Shown: positions 27,130 through 41,036 of the stretch, piece after piece
How the letters are laid out: each line of letters opens with the position of its first letter
Numbering within the stretch: position 1 is the stretch's first letter
Source of the DNA: Octopus sinensis
Taxonomy: Eukaryota
Direction of reading: 5' to 3'
Length of the DNA stretch: 64,000 nucleotides
Assembly (NCBI RefSeq): GCF_006345805.1
Contig: NC_043001.1
Span: forward strand, 113,460,001-113,524,000
Notes under the pieces: model-generated
Databases searched by the model: none
Seen by the model: the letters and a program-made list of their open reading frames with translations, nothing else
What the model was told of the DNA's origin: nothing
Translations under genes and position numbers: made by a program

Positions 27130-27580
27130 GTTTCCGTTGTCAATGTTTTTTGTGATGCTCTGTGTCTCTTTCAATTCATTTTAAATATAAAACAAGAATT
27201 AGTTAAAATAACTTTGTTATCATTAAGCTGGTGTTAGGAACATAAATGTGACTAAGGTTTGGTGGAAAATTTTAATTCAGAACTTATGGAAACAGACATT
27301 TGTACTACAGGGCCAGAGGCGGTTTCAGCTGGTTGGTAACAAAGGGTTAAGAATTGTCCTCAATTATATATTTTAACCCTTTCACATCACCATTTTCTGT
27401 TGAGATGCTCTTGTTTTTTGAATTAATTTTAAATATAACAATAATTTAGTAAAATAACTAGTTTCATTAAGCTGGTATTATTACATAAATAGTGACTAAG
27501 GTTTGGTGGAACTTTTGAAAACAAGACATTTGTACTACAGAGCCAGAGGCAGTTTCAGCCGGATTGGTATCGAAAGGGTA
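27130..27580. mobile_element. Two tandem copies of a piggyBac-like MITE
   Basis: Copy 2 is bounded by ttaa-ccctttc (27373) and gaaaggg-taaa (27578); copy 1 ends aaaggg-ttaa (27350); interiors align (taaggtttggtgga, catttgtactacag.gccagaggc). Confidence 0.6.
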
Positions 27581-27819
27581 AAAGAAACGCGCAGGCCAGG
27601 GCAGGAACTTTTGTAGAAGGCGCGCAACTGGTATTTTTGTATATCAAGGGCTACACGATACAATGGTTGTTTCCTATTCGTATGAAAGACATCATGCTAA
27701 TTCTTTCCTGTCGAGTGACAGCGTAGATAGTCTCAATTTAGATCTAATATCACGAAAGACCCCTTAGCTTGGATTGATATTTTTATTGACTTAAAAAAAA
27801 GCAAAGGCAAAGTTACATT

Positions 27820-28150
27820 AATCACCATTCGTGCAACTGGTACATATTTCATTGACCTTGAAATGACTAAAAGCAAAGTCGAACTCGGCGGCATTTGAAT
27901 TCAGAATGTAAAGACGGATGAAATGTAGCTAATCATTTTGTCCGGCATGTTAATGAGTCTGCCAGCTCGCCGCCTTACAAAGTCCAGTTATACAATTTCG
28001 GGAGAGGGAGGAAGTCTATAACATCGACTCTGGTGCTCAAGTGCTACTTATTTCATCGACCCCCACAAAGCGAATTTGATCTCGGCGGCATTTTCAACTC
28101 AGAATGTAAAGACGGACATTTTGTCCGTCGTGCGAAAGATGTCAGCCCAC
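27820..28150 (-). mobile_element. Two degenerate SINE family B copies
   Basis: aaagtcgaactcggcggcatttgaattcagaatgtaaagacgg at about 27873; related gatctcggcggcattttcaactcagaatgtaaagacgg at about 28078. Confidence 0.75.
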
Positions 28151-29408
28151 CACCTGATAAACCCTAGTAAAAATGTAAAACAAAATGTATCTTATATTTC
28201 ACAACACAAATATAGGCCCAAATCTTGTTCTTGTTGCTTCATAGCACCAGGTTTTTCTCCTATCGAGCAAGCCGGTGATCAAAAGCGTTTTAGCCATGAC
28301 TACCCTGTGATTATGTATTTCGTATTTCAAAGATTAAGATTATCTATTGTACTCTTCATTTATTCCCAAAACGTCGGAGGTGAGGTGTGACTTAAGAAAA
28401 TTTGGCTGTTATTTTAACAGGTCTGTTGACTTCATATAGGCTCTATCTTTGCCTCGATTTTACACGCTAGTTTCCTTCGACAGTAACACGCCATAAAATA
28501 TACATATTTCTAGGAAGCAAAGCCAAAGCGCAGCTGCTGCATCTAACTTCTGTTGAATGATACACATCTAGAAACATCACACTTCATTCATACAGCGAAT
28601 CTAACAGAATCTGTGCATAGAGTTCTATATACGTGTATGTGTGTGTGTATGTGTGTGCACTTGTGTGTGCGTATGAGCACTGGTGAGGTTTTCAGTGCTG
28701 ATAAATATTAAATTGCTCTTGTTATTTAAACTATTTTATTGTCCGTCAGTATGCCTGTCAATCTGTCAGCCTATTGTATGTATATATGTATGTATGTGGT
28801 ATATATGTATGTACGTATATATGTATGTATACTATATATATAATATATATAATAGTATATATATATATATTATATAGATATATATATTATATTTATGTAT
28901 GTAAGTATGTATGTATGTATGTATTATGTATGTATGTATGTATATATATGGATATGTATGTATACATATCTATACATGCCTGCGTAAGGTACGTTGCAAC
29001 TACGTTTGCTTGCATATATATGTATGTATGTATGTATATCTACGCGTGTATATATATATACTTGTGTTTTTGTGTGTAATATATATGTATATATGCGTGT
29101 ATGTATGTATGTGTATATGTAAATGTTTGTATATGTGGCAAGAGACACAAAACAATCACGTGAGACTTACGTGCCAAGAAAAAGGTAAATTGAATCAAAG
29201 ATAGCAAAACAGACAATGAAGAAGCACTTATGTTATTATATATCTGAACTTCCGAGATAAGTAAGGACGATAATTAAAGTTTCCATGCGCAAAGCAACAC
29301 AACAATTCTCTGTTTCATTTATGCAACGTGTCGACCTAAAGTAGTCGTCAACCCAAAACACAAACAATGTTTGAGTCAGGATTTGAACTCCAAATGCTTT
29401 ATTCTATA

Positions 29409-29807
29409 CTAGCAGTATCGCCCGGCGTTGCTCGGCTTTGTAAGGGAAATAACTATATAAGCATTTTTAGAGGGTAAAAAGTATAATAGCAATCTCAATA
29501 TGGCTAACCACAAAGGGGGGGGGTTATGTTACTGTAGCTTTTTACGTTCTGAGATTTAATAATACATTTTTAGAGAGTTACTTCCCCTATATAACAGCAA
29601 AAATGCATCAAAAATGGGAAAAAATGATGGTAATTTTTTTTAAAATCGTAGACTCATCGTAGACGCGCGCTAATACCCAGAAGGGCTCGATATGAATCAC
29701 GCGACTATAAGATACCCGGTTTTGGTTACACTGCACGCAAAATGTGGGAGTAGTTAGGAATCTAAATGTAGGAGACAGACACACAACTTCACTTTTATAT
29801 ATAAAGA
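29409..29807 (-). mobile_element. Non-autonomous Helitron, ~400 bp
   Basis: Minus strand A|TCTTTATATATAAAAG ... ccgagcaacgccgggcgatactgCTAG|T; homologous to 42667-43166. Confidence 0.8.
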
Positions 29808-30297
29808 TAGATAAGTTTAAATGTTCCAATTCAGTATGCTTGCTAATTTGGACATTTGTACATTTAGTTTAAGGGAGTGGACTTGCAGAATTATTTAAGC
29901 TTCCGAAAAAGGAAAAAGGAAAGAAAAAAAATGAACGCAGTGCGCTATTCCGACTTCTTACGTTCTGAGCTCAAATCTCGCCGATGCCAATGGTTCTTTC
30001 CATATCTTCGGTGACTATAAAATAAGGTACCACACGAGTATTGGGTTGATGGTATCCATAGATTCCCTTCTCAAATTTCAGGCCTTGTACCAATATTTGA
30101 ACGACTACTACCGTTTGTTTTGTAATAAGAAAGTTAACTGTGAATCCCAGCGCTATGATGTAGATTTTAAGAGATCGAGTATCATCTAATCGGTTGTTAG
30201 TTGAGATCATCAAAAATCCTTTCTGTGGAAGATCAAGTTACGTAGAAAGGTTCTATAAAAATTATTGTTACGACTAATAAAGTTATGGTAACACATT

Positions 30298-31122
30298 TAG
30301 GCGCAGACGTGGTTGTATCGTAAGAAGGTTGCCTTTAAGGCGGCGAGCTGGCAGAGACGTTAGCACGCCGGGCGAAATGAGTAGCCGTGTTTCGTCTGCC
30401 GTTACGTTCTGAGTTCAAATTCCGCTGAGGTCGACTTTGCCTTTCATCCTTTAGGGGTCGATTAAATAAGTACCAGTGACGCACTGGGGTCGATGTAATC
30501 GACTTCATCCGGTTGTCTGTCCTTGTTTGTCCCCTCTTTGTTTAGCCCCTTGTGGGTAGTAAAGAAATAAGTATTTAGTCTACCGCTACGTTCTGAGTTC
30601 AAATTCTGCCGAGGTCGACTTTGCCTTTCATCCTTTCGGGGTCGATTAAAGAAGTACCAGTTACGGACTGGGTCGATATAATCGACTTAATCCGTTTGTC
30701 TGTGCTTGCTTGTCCCCTCTGTGTTTAGCCCCTTGTGGGCAGTAAAGAAATAAGAAGGTTGCCTCTCAACCACATGATTCCGGGTTCAGTCTCACTGCGT
30801 GGCATCTTGGGCAAGTGTCTTCTACTATATAGCGTTGGGCCGACCAAAGCCTTGCGAGTAAATTTGGTAGTCGGAAACTGAAAGAAGCCTGTCATAAGTA
30901 TGTCTACGTGTGAGTGTCTTTGTGCCTGTGTTTGATTCCCCCACTCTCTTGACAACCAGTGTTGGTGTGGTTATCCACGCAACTTAGCGCTTAGGCGAAT
31001 GAGATCGATTTATAAGTACAAAGTTTTTAAATAATACTGGGATCGATTCATTCGACTAAAATTCTTCTAGGCAGAGCCCCAGTATGGCCGCAGTCTAATG
31101 ACTGAAACAAGTAAAAGGTATA
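30298..31122 (+). mobile_element. SINE family A interrupted by a SINE-B doublet
   Basis: Head taggcgcagacgtggttg at 30298 resumes at 30751; 14-bp TSD taagaaggttgcct at 30321-30334 and 30751-30764. Confidence 0.85.
30335..30750 (+). mobile_element. SINE family B, full copy plus 5'-truncated second copy
   Basis: ggcggcgagctggcagagacgttagcacgccgggcgaaatg...gagttcaaattcc...agtaaagaaata; the part from cgttctgagttcaaatt onward occurs twice. Confidence 0.9.
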
Positions 31123-31448
31123 GGAACACTCCGTCGGTTACGACGACGAGGGTCCCAGTTGATCCGAATCAACGGAACAGCCTACTCGTGAAATTAACGC
31201 GCAAATGACTGAGCACTCCACACACACGCGTACCCCTAACGTAGTTCTCAGGGAGATTCAGCGTGACACAGAGTGTGACAAGGCCGGCCCTTTGAAATAC
31301 AAGTACAACTCATTTTTGCCAGCTGAGTGGACTGGAGCAACGTGAAATAAAGTGTCTTGCTCAAAGACACAACGCGTCGCCGGGAATCGAACTCACGACC
31401 TTACAATCGTGAGTCGAATGCCCTAACCACTACTCCACGCGCCTTCAC
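31123..31448 (-). mobile_element. SINE family C variant with TSD
   Basis: tRNA-like head gtgaaggcgcgtggagtagtggttaggg...gagttcgattcc on the minus strand; 13-bp TSD agtaaaaggtata at 31110-31122 and 31449-31461. Confidence 0.88.
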
Positions 31449-31679
31449 AGTAAAAGGTATACTTATTCTTCGTCACCTTACTTGAAATATATGTTACTCT
31501 AAGTAAGACTTGCACAGCTTCTACCATTGACGAACCTTGAATTTCTGCACCAGTAGACTTTTTTTAAAGACTGCAGACAGCCATAAGCTGGTGTTGAGTA
31601 CAGCATTGAAAAATCAGCCATTTTCTACCCTGTCGGGTAAGAACGTTCTTTCCATTGGTACCCAACAAAATGCAATCAA

Positions 31680-31908
31680 TCTCTCTATATATAAACGGCA
31701 GTTTGTCTGTCTGTGTGTCTGTGTGTCTGTCAGGTTGTACCCTCACCCTGACCACGGCTTTCAACCGATTCTGATGACTTGACACACACATAGCCCAATG
31801 TCATAATCAAAACTAACGCAGAGAAAACTTTGAAAAGTTCCCCCAGTTCTGAAAAAGATCGATAAATTCGAACATCGGGTCGAGAATCTGAGCTTTTTAT
31901 GAAACACA
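31680..31908 (+). mobile_element. Helitron-like 5' end running into the gap
   Basis: A|TCTCTCTATATATAAACGGCAGTTTGTCTGTCTG followed by caaccgattctgatga. Confidence 0.55.
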
Positions 31909-32008
31909 NNNNNNNNNNNNNNNNNNNNNNNNNNNNNNNNNNNNNNNNNNNNNNNNNNNNNNNNNNNNNNNNNNNNNNNNNNNNNNNNNNNNNNNNNNNN
32001 NNNNNNNN
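31909..32008. other. Assembly gap
   Basis: Exactly 100 N. Confidence 1.
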
Positions 32009-32220
32009 TGTATATATATATGTATGCATATGTATATATGTGTTGTAATATGTATCTACATATATGTGCATACACACATACAAATGCACACACACACACT
32101 GACATACACACACACAACACACACACACGCACGCATGTATATAAATAACAAACACAATGACAGAAGTAGTAAGCGCCATTCAAAATAACAGTGAGGAAAA
32201 CTCCAGGGAGAGAGAGAGGG

Positions 32221-32289
<69 letters not shown>

Positions 32290-32397
32290 CATGAATAAGG
32301 AAACTGAACAGAAAACTATAACAAAAAAAAACAAAAATTACTCAAGGTAGACTAAATCTGAGCATTGCCAATCTGGCAATCGACAACAAGGATCACC

Positions 32398-32398
32398 G

Positions 32399-32468
<70 letters not shown>

Positions 32469-32600
32469 CACCACCACCACCAACACCTCCACCAATACCA
32501 CTACTACTACTACTACTACTACTATCACGACCACCACGACCACCACTACTACTACTACTAATACTACTACTACTACTACTACGACTACTACTACTACTTC
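32398..32600. repeat. (CTA)n/(CCA)n compound microsatellite
   Basis: Long ACT/ACC trinucleotide run producing the poly-T/poly-V ORFs. Confidence 0.95.
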
Positions 32601-32737
32601 TACTTATGAGATGATAATGATGGTCATGATAATAATGCTACTGATGGTTGGGGGACCTGATGGTGAGGCTGGTGTTTTTTTTTTTGCTGTTGGGGGGGTA
32701 ATGGTGACTGTGTTGAGGATGGTCTTCTCTTACTGAA

Positions 32738-32782
<45 letters not shown>

Positions 32783-33580
32783 GTTGGTGCTGGTCGTCGT
32801 AATGGCTGTGGTGGCAGTAAATGATGCGATGTCCGGGGATATGGAGGATATGAGATGAATATGAGAATGGCGACAAATAGTGGTGTCGTGGCTGCTGGCT
32901 GCTGTTGTTTCTGCCGCTGCTGCTGCTGGATGATGATGATGATGTTGATGTTGATTAAAATGCTGTGATAGTGATGATGATGAAGCCGAACATGGTGAAG
33001 CCGATGGGAAGGAAGGTGACGATATACTAACGCTAGTGATGATGTCGACTACAGAAATAATATAGGTAATGACGAATGTATTATTGCGACGATGATGTGA
33101 GGCTGATGAGGAACGATGGCAATCCGGATTAAAGTCGAGTAAAATGGCGTGGAAGAATTTAGAACATTGCATACACATACACGAAAATACACGCACGCAC
33201 AAACACACAAGTATATACACACATACAAACACGCGTGAAGATAATGATAATGGGGATGACGATGATGGTGATGATGACACCGATGAAGTCGATAATAATG
33301 ATAATCACAAACATATATGCATGCACACACACATACACACACATATATACTTACAAATATATATATATATATACACACATATGAATATATAAATTATGCA
33401 CAAGCTTACATGCATCCACGCGCGCGCGCGCACACACACACATATATATAGTATATATATTATATATATATTATATATATATTATATATATATATGTATA
33501 TATATATACATACATAAACACATTTACATACATATACATGCATTCATAAATACATACATATCTATCTATCTATCTATCTA

Positions 33581-33632
<52 letters not shown>

Positions 33633-34213
33633 ATCTATATATATCAATATATGTATACATACATACATGCATACATACATACACACACACACACGCATAT
33701 ATATATATATATATACTTTCTGAAAATTACCCTAAACTAAGTAAAGAAAATGAAAAAGGCAATACCTCGTGCTTTTGCTAAGAGTGTGCTTTGGCAGGGA
33801 TTTACTTTGGTTAGGGTAGAGATTTCTTAGGAGGATGCATACTGAAGGTCGGGTTGGGGGTCGGGTATTATAAGGAGAAAAAAGTAGGTGAGTCTCATAG
33901 ACAACCAAATTGTTTACTCCTACTTATATACACACACAGAAGGAAACCATATTTCTATCTAACTACAACACATGTATTAATACATACACAAACTTTCATA
34001 CACAAATACACAAACACACATACACACACACACACTCTCACACACACACACATATGCATATACATACATGCTGTCCTGTATTCAAAATTTCCCTACCTAT
34101 GTATTTATGGGTGTATACATAAGCATCTACACGCAGTCAAACACATTTATACAAACATATGTAGAGTCATCTTACTACTAACACATACATAAAAATATGT
34201 AAGTTTGTATGTA

Positions 34214-34259
<46 letters not shown>

Positions 34260-34371
34260 CGCATATATGTACAATTTACCTTTATATATAAATAATATAT
34301 AAATATATAAATCATATATATATATATATATATATACATAATGTGTGTGTGTGTATATATATATATATTTA

Positions 34372-34782
<411 letters not shown>

Positions 34783-35021
34783 TTAATGTTAAGCGATCGT
34801 AGCAATAAAATAGGGTCTAGAGAAAATATCTCAGCCAACCAGCTTGTGTTAAGAGATATCCCTTCCCTCCTACCACTATAGATATATATATATTATAATA
34901 TGTTTGTATGTATATCTATCTATCTACCTATCTGACTATTTATTTCTCTCACTCTCTCTCTCTCTCTATCTGTATATATATATATACGCACTTACGTATA
35001 TATATATATGTATATATATAT

Positions 35022-35422
35022 AGGCGTTGGAGTGGCTGTGTGATAGGTAGCCTCCTTACCAACCACATGATTCCGGATTCAGTCCCACTGTGTGGCACCT
35101 TGGGCAGCTGTCTTCTACTATAGCCTCGGGACGACCAAAGCCTTGTGAGTGAATTTGGTAGGTGGAAACTGAAAGAAGCCCGTCGTATATATGTATATGT
35201 ATGTGTGTGCATATGTTTGTACGTCTGTGTTTGTCCCCTCAACATCACTTGACAACCGATGCTGGTGTGTTTAAGTCCCCGTAACGTAGCGGTTCGGCAA
35301 AGGAGACCGATAGAATAAGTACTGGGCTTACAAAGAATAAATCCTGGCGTCGATTTGCTCGATTAAAGGCGGTGCTGCAGCATGACCACAGTCAAATGAC
35401 TGAAAGAAAAGAGTAAAAGAGT
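35022..35422 (+). mobile_element. SINE family A, full length
   Basis: aggcgttggagtggctgtgtg...ggattcagtcc...gactgaaagaaaagagtaaaagagta. Confidence 0.9.
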
Positions 35423-36247
35423 ATATATATATATATATATATAAACATAATATACATATATGTACACATAAACACATGAGTTTGTGTTCATGTATGTCTA
35501 TACATCTATACATTCTTACATTTATACATACGTTCAAATACATACTTGTGCGCACGCTAGATAATGTGCAGTGTGCTCAAACTGTCATATACATAAATGT
35601 CTATTTATGTATATCTCTATCTATCTTAAAAGCATTCACATGTTACAGCTAGACATCTATAGGTCTATCTGCGGAAACTATGATACAAAAATGTTGTAGT
35701 GTATGATAGTGGGGATATCTAAAACGTGCATATTAGTTTTCAGAAGTTAGTATTTACTTTTTGCTTTCAGATTTAAGTAGTTTCGGTATCAAATAAGGAG
35801 TGACGATTAATTAAGATTACATATACCATTAAATGCAATTAAATACGAATGATGTTTATTATAATTTCCGGTCTATATCAACTTTTTTACAGTTTTTACA
35901 TAATCCAGCACATTCTTGGTGTTTCGCCAAACAGCCTGGAGAATCTCAATGACGCCTCAAACCAACTGATGAGTCATAACCACAAACTCCTAGTTGAACT
36001 GTTTCCATAATCCCTGAAAAAGGGATTCCACATTTTATCTTTAATTCACTTTGGTATCTCATGTTATACCAAATTTAACCCTGTGGTCAATTAAAATATT
36101 TCGGCAAACTTTCTATGAATTTCAATAACTTTGACAAATCTTCTTTTGTTTTAATCTTAACACTGGGCTTTGGTGAACTCTTTAGCAAATTTCCAGAACT
36201 GCATCAAGATTGATTGGAAAACCCAGCAGGAATGGTGAATATTACGT

Positions 36248-36634
36248 TATTTGGAAGCACTCCGTCGGTTACGACGACGAGTGTTCCGGTTGATCCGATC
36301 AACGGAACAGCCTGCTCGTGAAATTAACGTGTAAGTGGCTGAGCACTCCACAGACACGTGTACCCTTAACGTAGTTCTCGGGGATATTCAGTGTGACACA
36401 GAGAGTGACAAGGCCGGCCCTTTGAAATACAGGTACAACAGAAACAGGAAGTAAGAGTGAGAGAAAGTCGTGGTGAAAGAGTACAGCAGGGATCACCCCC
36501 CCCCCTGCCGGAGCCTCGTGGAGCTTTAGGTGTTTTCGCTGAATAAACACTCACAACGCCCGGTCTGGGAATCAAAACCGCGATCCTATGACCGCGAGTC
36601 CGCTGCCCTAACCACTGGGCCATTGCGCCTCCAC
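36248..36634 (-). mobile_element. SINE family C (tRNA-like head), full length with TSD
   Basis: gtggaggcgcaatggcccagtggttagggcagcggactcgcggtc head on the minus strand; 15-bp TSD tggtgaatattacgt at 36233-36247 and 36635-36649. Confidence 0.93.
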
Positions 36635-36832
36635 TGGTGAATATTACGTAACCTTTTCACAATTTTAATCTTTATATTTGTCTATATCTTTCGTTTTACT
36701 GTGTTGCTGGCAATTTCTCTCCGCATATCCAGTGGATCTATGGAATACAACCTTAGCATCTGTTTTTTTTTTATCAGCATCTACACATACATACATGCAT
36801 GCATGCATACATACCTATGTTGTGGTGAGCTA

Positions 36833-36990
36833 CAGCATGGTTGTGTGGTAAGCAGTTTGCTTTCCGACCATGCGGTTCAGGGTTCAGTTCCACGGCGTGG
36901 CAACTTGAGAAATGTCTTCTACTACAGCCTCGGGCTGATCGAAACCTTGTGGGTGAATTTGCCACACGGTATCTGAAGGAAGCCTGTCGT
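36833..36990 (+). mobile_element. SINE family A, degenerate 5' half
   Basis: catggttgtgtggtaagcagtttgc...gggttcagttcc...aatgtcttctactacagcctcggg. Confidence 0.75.
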
Positions 36991-38640
36991 GTGTGTATAT
37001 ATATGCTCACATGTTTATTTGATATTCTGACTTCAACTCCAGCCATGCTCGATTTTACCTCTCATCCTTCTAAGGTCAATAAAACTGCAAGGAATCAAAT
37101 GTTTGCCAATTTCACTACTGCAAAGCTCATCTCGACCCTTCAATGTTGTTTCAATGTGAAAAACAAACAAAATAAATAAAGAAAACAAATCTAGCAAAAA
37201 TGCAAAAAAATATTTAAATCTGGATTTTATTTAGTTTCGTATTTTGAATTTAAATTTCGCCATCATTGACGAATGCATTTCCTTCTCACTGTACCGTACA
37301 AAGTTTATATTTAATGATCTTTAATTTTACTCCTCAAATGTATAGCTTTATGATAATGCAAAAATGAAGGTCACACGGGGTAATATAGTCCTACGTACGA
37401 CATATTGCATCAGGAGAAAAATAAAAGATAACGTAATTCTTGTTATCCCCAAAACACGGAGTTGTCACTGGTGGAATTACTTTTATGGTAGATCTGTTGG
37501 GAGCTAAACAACCAGCAACAATGGTTTTCTGTTTAATTTATCTGTTCCGCTTCTTCAGTGCGTAAGTAATTACTGATAAAAAGAAGTATATATTAGGAGA
37601 CCAAAGATGTACTGAGTTACTGCTACGTTGGAAGAAAACTTTGTCTTTTTGATATACTTGATGAAACGAAATGTTGTACTTAAAGAATCAGTTTCCAAAC
37701 CTTAGCACTAGCGGAACCCATAAATATTTCTCGGGATTAATGGTAAACCTAGTGAATTATTTCTGAGAATTCTATCCAAAAAATCCTGAAAGCGTAGCCT
37801 ATGTTGTGTCTGTATGGAAAGATAGTCGCTCATCTCCTACTCATTGTAAAGTGACAGAAATTGGAATACGATGATTACTTAATGCACTTTATATACTTTA
37901 TGTACAATTTTATAGACTTAATACACATCACTCATAAAATAAATATTCATTCTCATTTTTCCATTTTTCCCATTAAAAAAAATCCCGTACATATGATACA
38001 ACCTTTAGTTAAATTGGATATAGTTGCCACGTAACTAAGCGTGAATATTTCACGGAATTGCACTTATACGTATGTGTTAAGTGATAGGTGATATAAGAAA
38101 CTTAGCTTCGTAAAAAAGTACACTCTTCATTATCCAATCACTACCACTACCATCTTCACCACCATCACCTCCATTTCCATCACTACCACAACCACCATCA
38201 TCATCTCTCTCCCCCTCTCTTTCTCTGCCTTTGTTTAACCTCGACATAAGAACATCACCCCTCTGCTAAATTTCTATTTTTAACTCTCCTTCTCTACCTT
38301 CAACTAACTTTTTTAACCACGTAATGAATATTGCGTTCTCCCTTCCTCAACGTCATGGACGCTTCCTTCTCTCTCTTTCTGTCTCACTCTTCGACTTATC
38401 CTCTTTTTCTCTCTCATTTTGTCTTTCTCCTCTCTTTCCCTTCAACAAATCACGTGAAATCGTTACAATTACATACCCCCTACTTCACGTCATGGACGTT
38501 TCTCTCCTCCTCTTTTCTTTCTCCCTCTTTTTCTCTAATCACGGGAAAGCCGATAGACTAAGTGACGCAATGTGAAGCAGAATTATGATAAGATTATCTT
38601 TAACTCTCCTCCTCAAAAGTATGCCCTTATGGTAATGCCA

Positions 38641-38843
38641 CGCCGGGCGAAATGCTTAGCGGTATTTCGTCTGTCTTTACGTTGTGAGTTCAAATTCCGC
38701 CGAGGTTGACTTTGCCTTTCATCCTTTCGGGGTCGATAAATTAAGTACCAGTTACGCACTGGGGTCGATGTAATCGACTTAATACCTATGTCTGTCCTTG
38801 TTTGTCCCCTCTGTGTTTAGCCCCTTGTGGGTAATAAAGAAAT
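38641..38843 (+). mobile_element. SINE family B
   Basis: cgccgggcgaaatgcttagcgg...gagttcaaattccgccgagg...gtaataaagaaata. Confidence 0.9.
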
Positions 38844-39379
38844 AGGTAATGCGAAAGTGAAGGTTACATTGGGAAATGTATCCCGAAAAAAAAAAGATAA
38901 TGTAATTCTTGTTAACACCAAAACAAGGAGTGGTCACTGTTGGAATTTTATCGTAGGTCTGTTGTGGACTAAACGACAACAACAATAATTTTCTGTTTAA
39001 TTTAGCTTTTCTGCTGCTTGTGTACGTAACTGAGAAAATGAAGTGTATATTTGGAAACCAAAGATGCACTGAGTTACTGCCACGTTGGAAGAAAACTTAG
39101 TTTCTTTCATTTTGTTTGATTCATCAAGCGGACACAAAACCAAATGTACTTAAAGAATCTGGTTCCAAACCTTACCCTTCACCATTAATATCTCTGTAGC
39201 TTTTGGGCCCAAGGTGCCGTAGATTTTAACTGTCTGTGATTTCTTCACCAATATCAATCTCGGTATGAGAAACCTCTTACATCTTGCTAAAACACCCTCA
39301 GAATGATACACAATGCTACTAATGAAGAAAAGCTATTTTTCCAGATTTGGCGTAAAACCCCTCATCCGTCATGGATGAG

Positions 39380-39648
39380 TATGGGAGTGCACCTAGAAAG
39401 TTCCCCTTCGAGGCACAAGTCCAGGTTAGCTTGATTATGGAAGACCAGCAGTCGACCATACATATTAGCCTCTCATCTCCTCGCCACCGATGTTATCCAT
39501 AAGATGTCGATACAGCTTGGCACCAGTGACATCGCAACTCATTTCTACAGCTGAGTGAACTGAAGCAACGTGAAATAAAATGTCTTTCCCAAGAACACAA
39601 CACACGGCCTGGTCCGCGAGTCTAACTACTGAGCCATGCGCCTTCACG
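39380..39648 (-). mobile_element. SINE family C-related variant
   Basis: gtgaaggcgcatggctcagtagttag head and tttatttcacgttgcttcagttcactcagctg core on the minus strand. Confidence 0.65.
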
Positions 39649-41036
39649 TTTTCCAGATATATTTCTTCATTACTCGTCATTTTCGTGTATTTATTTCGCC
39701 AAATAAATGTTGAAACATTAGAAAAATCTTCAAACTACAGAATATAGGAAAGAAAATATTCGCAAAGTTGGAAACACTTGAGCATGAAAATATTTTTTTC
39801 CTGTATATTCAGAGATGGAAGGCAGTGATATAAATCGTTTTGTGGACCATCGAAACTGGTCGTAGGAAGGAAAATACGCTATTCTCAAACTAGAGACCTG
39901 GCCCGAATACTTGCATCAGAGTGGATTCCGCTAAAGATACCCGAAGCCAGATAGTAGCCTTAAACTGGATGATGTATTAAGTGTACCATGCTACAACTCT
40001 AAGCGAAAAGATCCGAGACAGACACTGCAAGATATGCTATTGATTTACTAACATCAATCTACCTCCCAGGATTGTAACATATTTTATTGATCCCGAAAGG
40101 ATGAAAAGCAAAGTTGATCTCAGTGAAATTTGAACTCAGTGCGCTGAGCCAGAAAAAACGCTACAAAGAATTTTGCCTTTGCTGTAATGATCTTGTCAGT
40201 ATTTATTGCACTAAATGGCATACACTGAACTCTAAGAGATAAAATTCTAGCAATGCGAGTTCGAAACCAAACATGATTTTATGATGAAATCATTTCACTT
40301 CACTTGTGCTCACCATTTAGAAACACATCAATATCACAGAACATCACGTAATGCATCTTATACAATCTGTTGGTTTGGGAAAGAGTGAAAAAAAATGAGT
40401 TGTTAATAAACTACTAAGAATGATGATGATGGCGTACATTCTAGAGAGTCAGGAAGTGATTTATAGCGTTCAGTTACGTTTCTGAATTCAAAAGCAACCG
40501 GCTTTTTTTTCAGACTTTAATTAAAATTTAATTAAATCTCGTTTGTGAATTCAGAAGTAACTGACTTTTCTTTAGATTTTAATTAAATCAACTAATTAAA
40601 TAATTAATAGGTAGGATCTCAGATCAACTGTGGCTCTTATCCAATTCGATCCAGTGCTCAAGAAGGAAATCATTTAGTAGAAACTAGTACATTGGATCAA
40701 TGACGTCCTTGTATTCAAATTTATTTCTTTACTGTTTGGGTTCAGATACAGCCGAAACCGAAACTTAAAGAAATTACAATTTTCTTGCTCGATAAAAGAG
40801 AAACAGTAATTAACTGCGTTAAATTCAAGTAATCTTACCCCACCCCTCATTAACACTACCTTGTGATAAAGTCTACATAAAATACTACTTAACAGATATT
40901 AGAATAGAGGATCTTGTTGAAGCAATAGAGTAGATACGTTGCTATTGTTTAACACCAGACTTGCTTAAAAACGTTCCAGCCGAGGTGATAACGTCGTTTT
41001 CCCGAGACAGTGGAGATCAACTAACAGACACTAATC

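Noticed and set aside
40746-40828. Candidate exon IQPKPKLKEITIFLLDKRET after a pyrimidine-rich acceptor
   Set aside because: Too short to distinguish from chance in AT-rich DNA; no partner exons identified.
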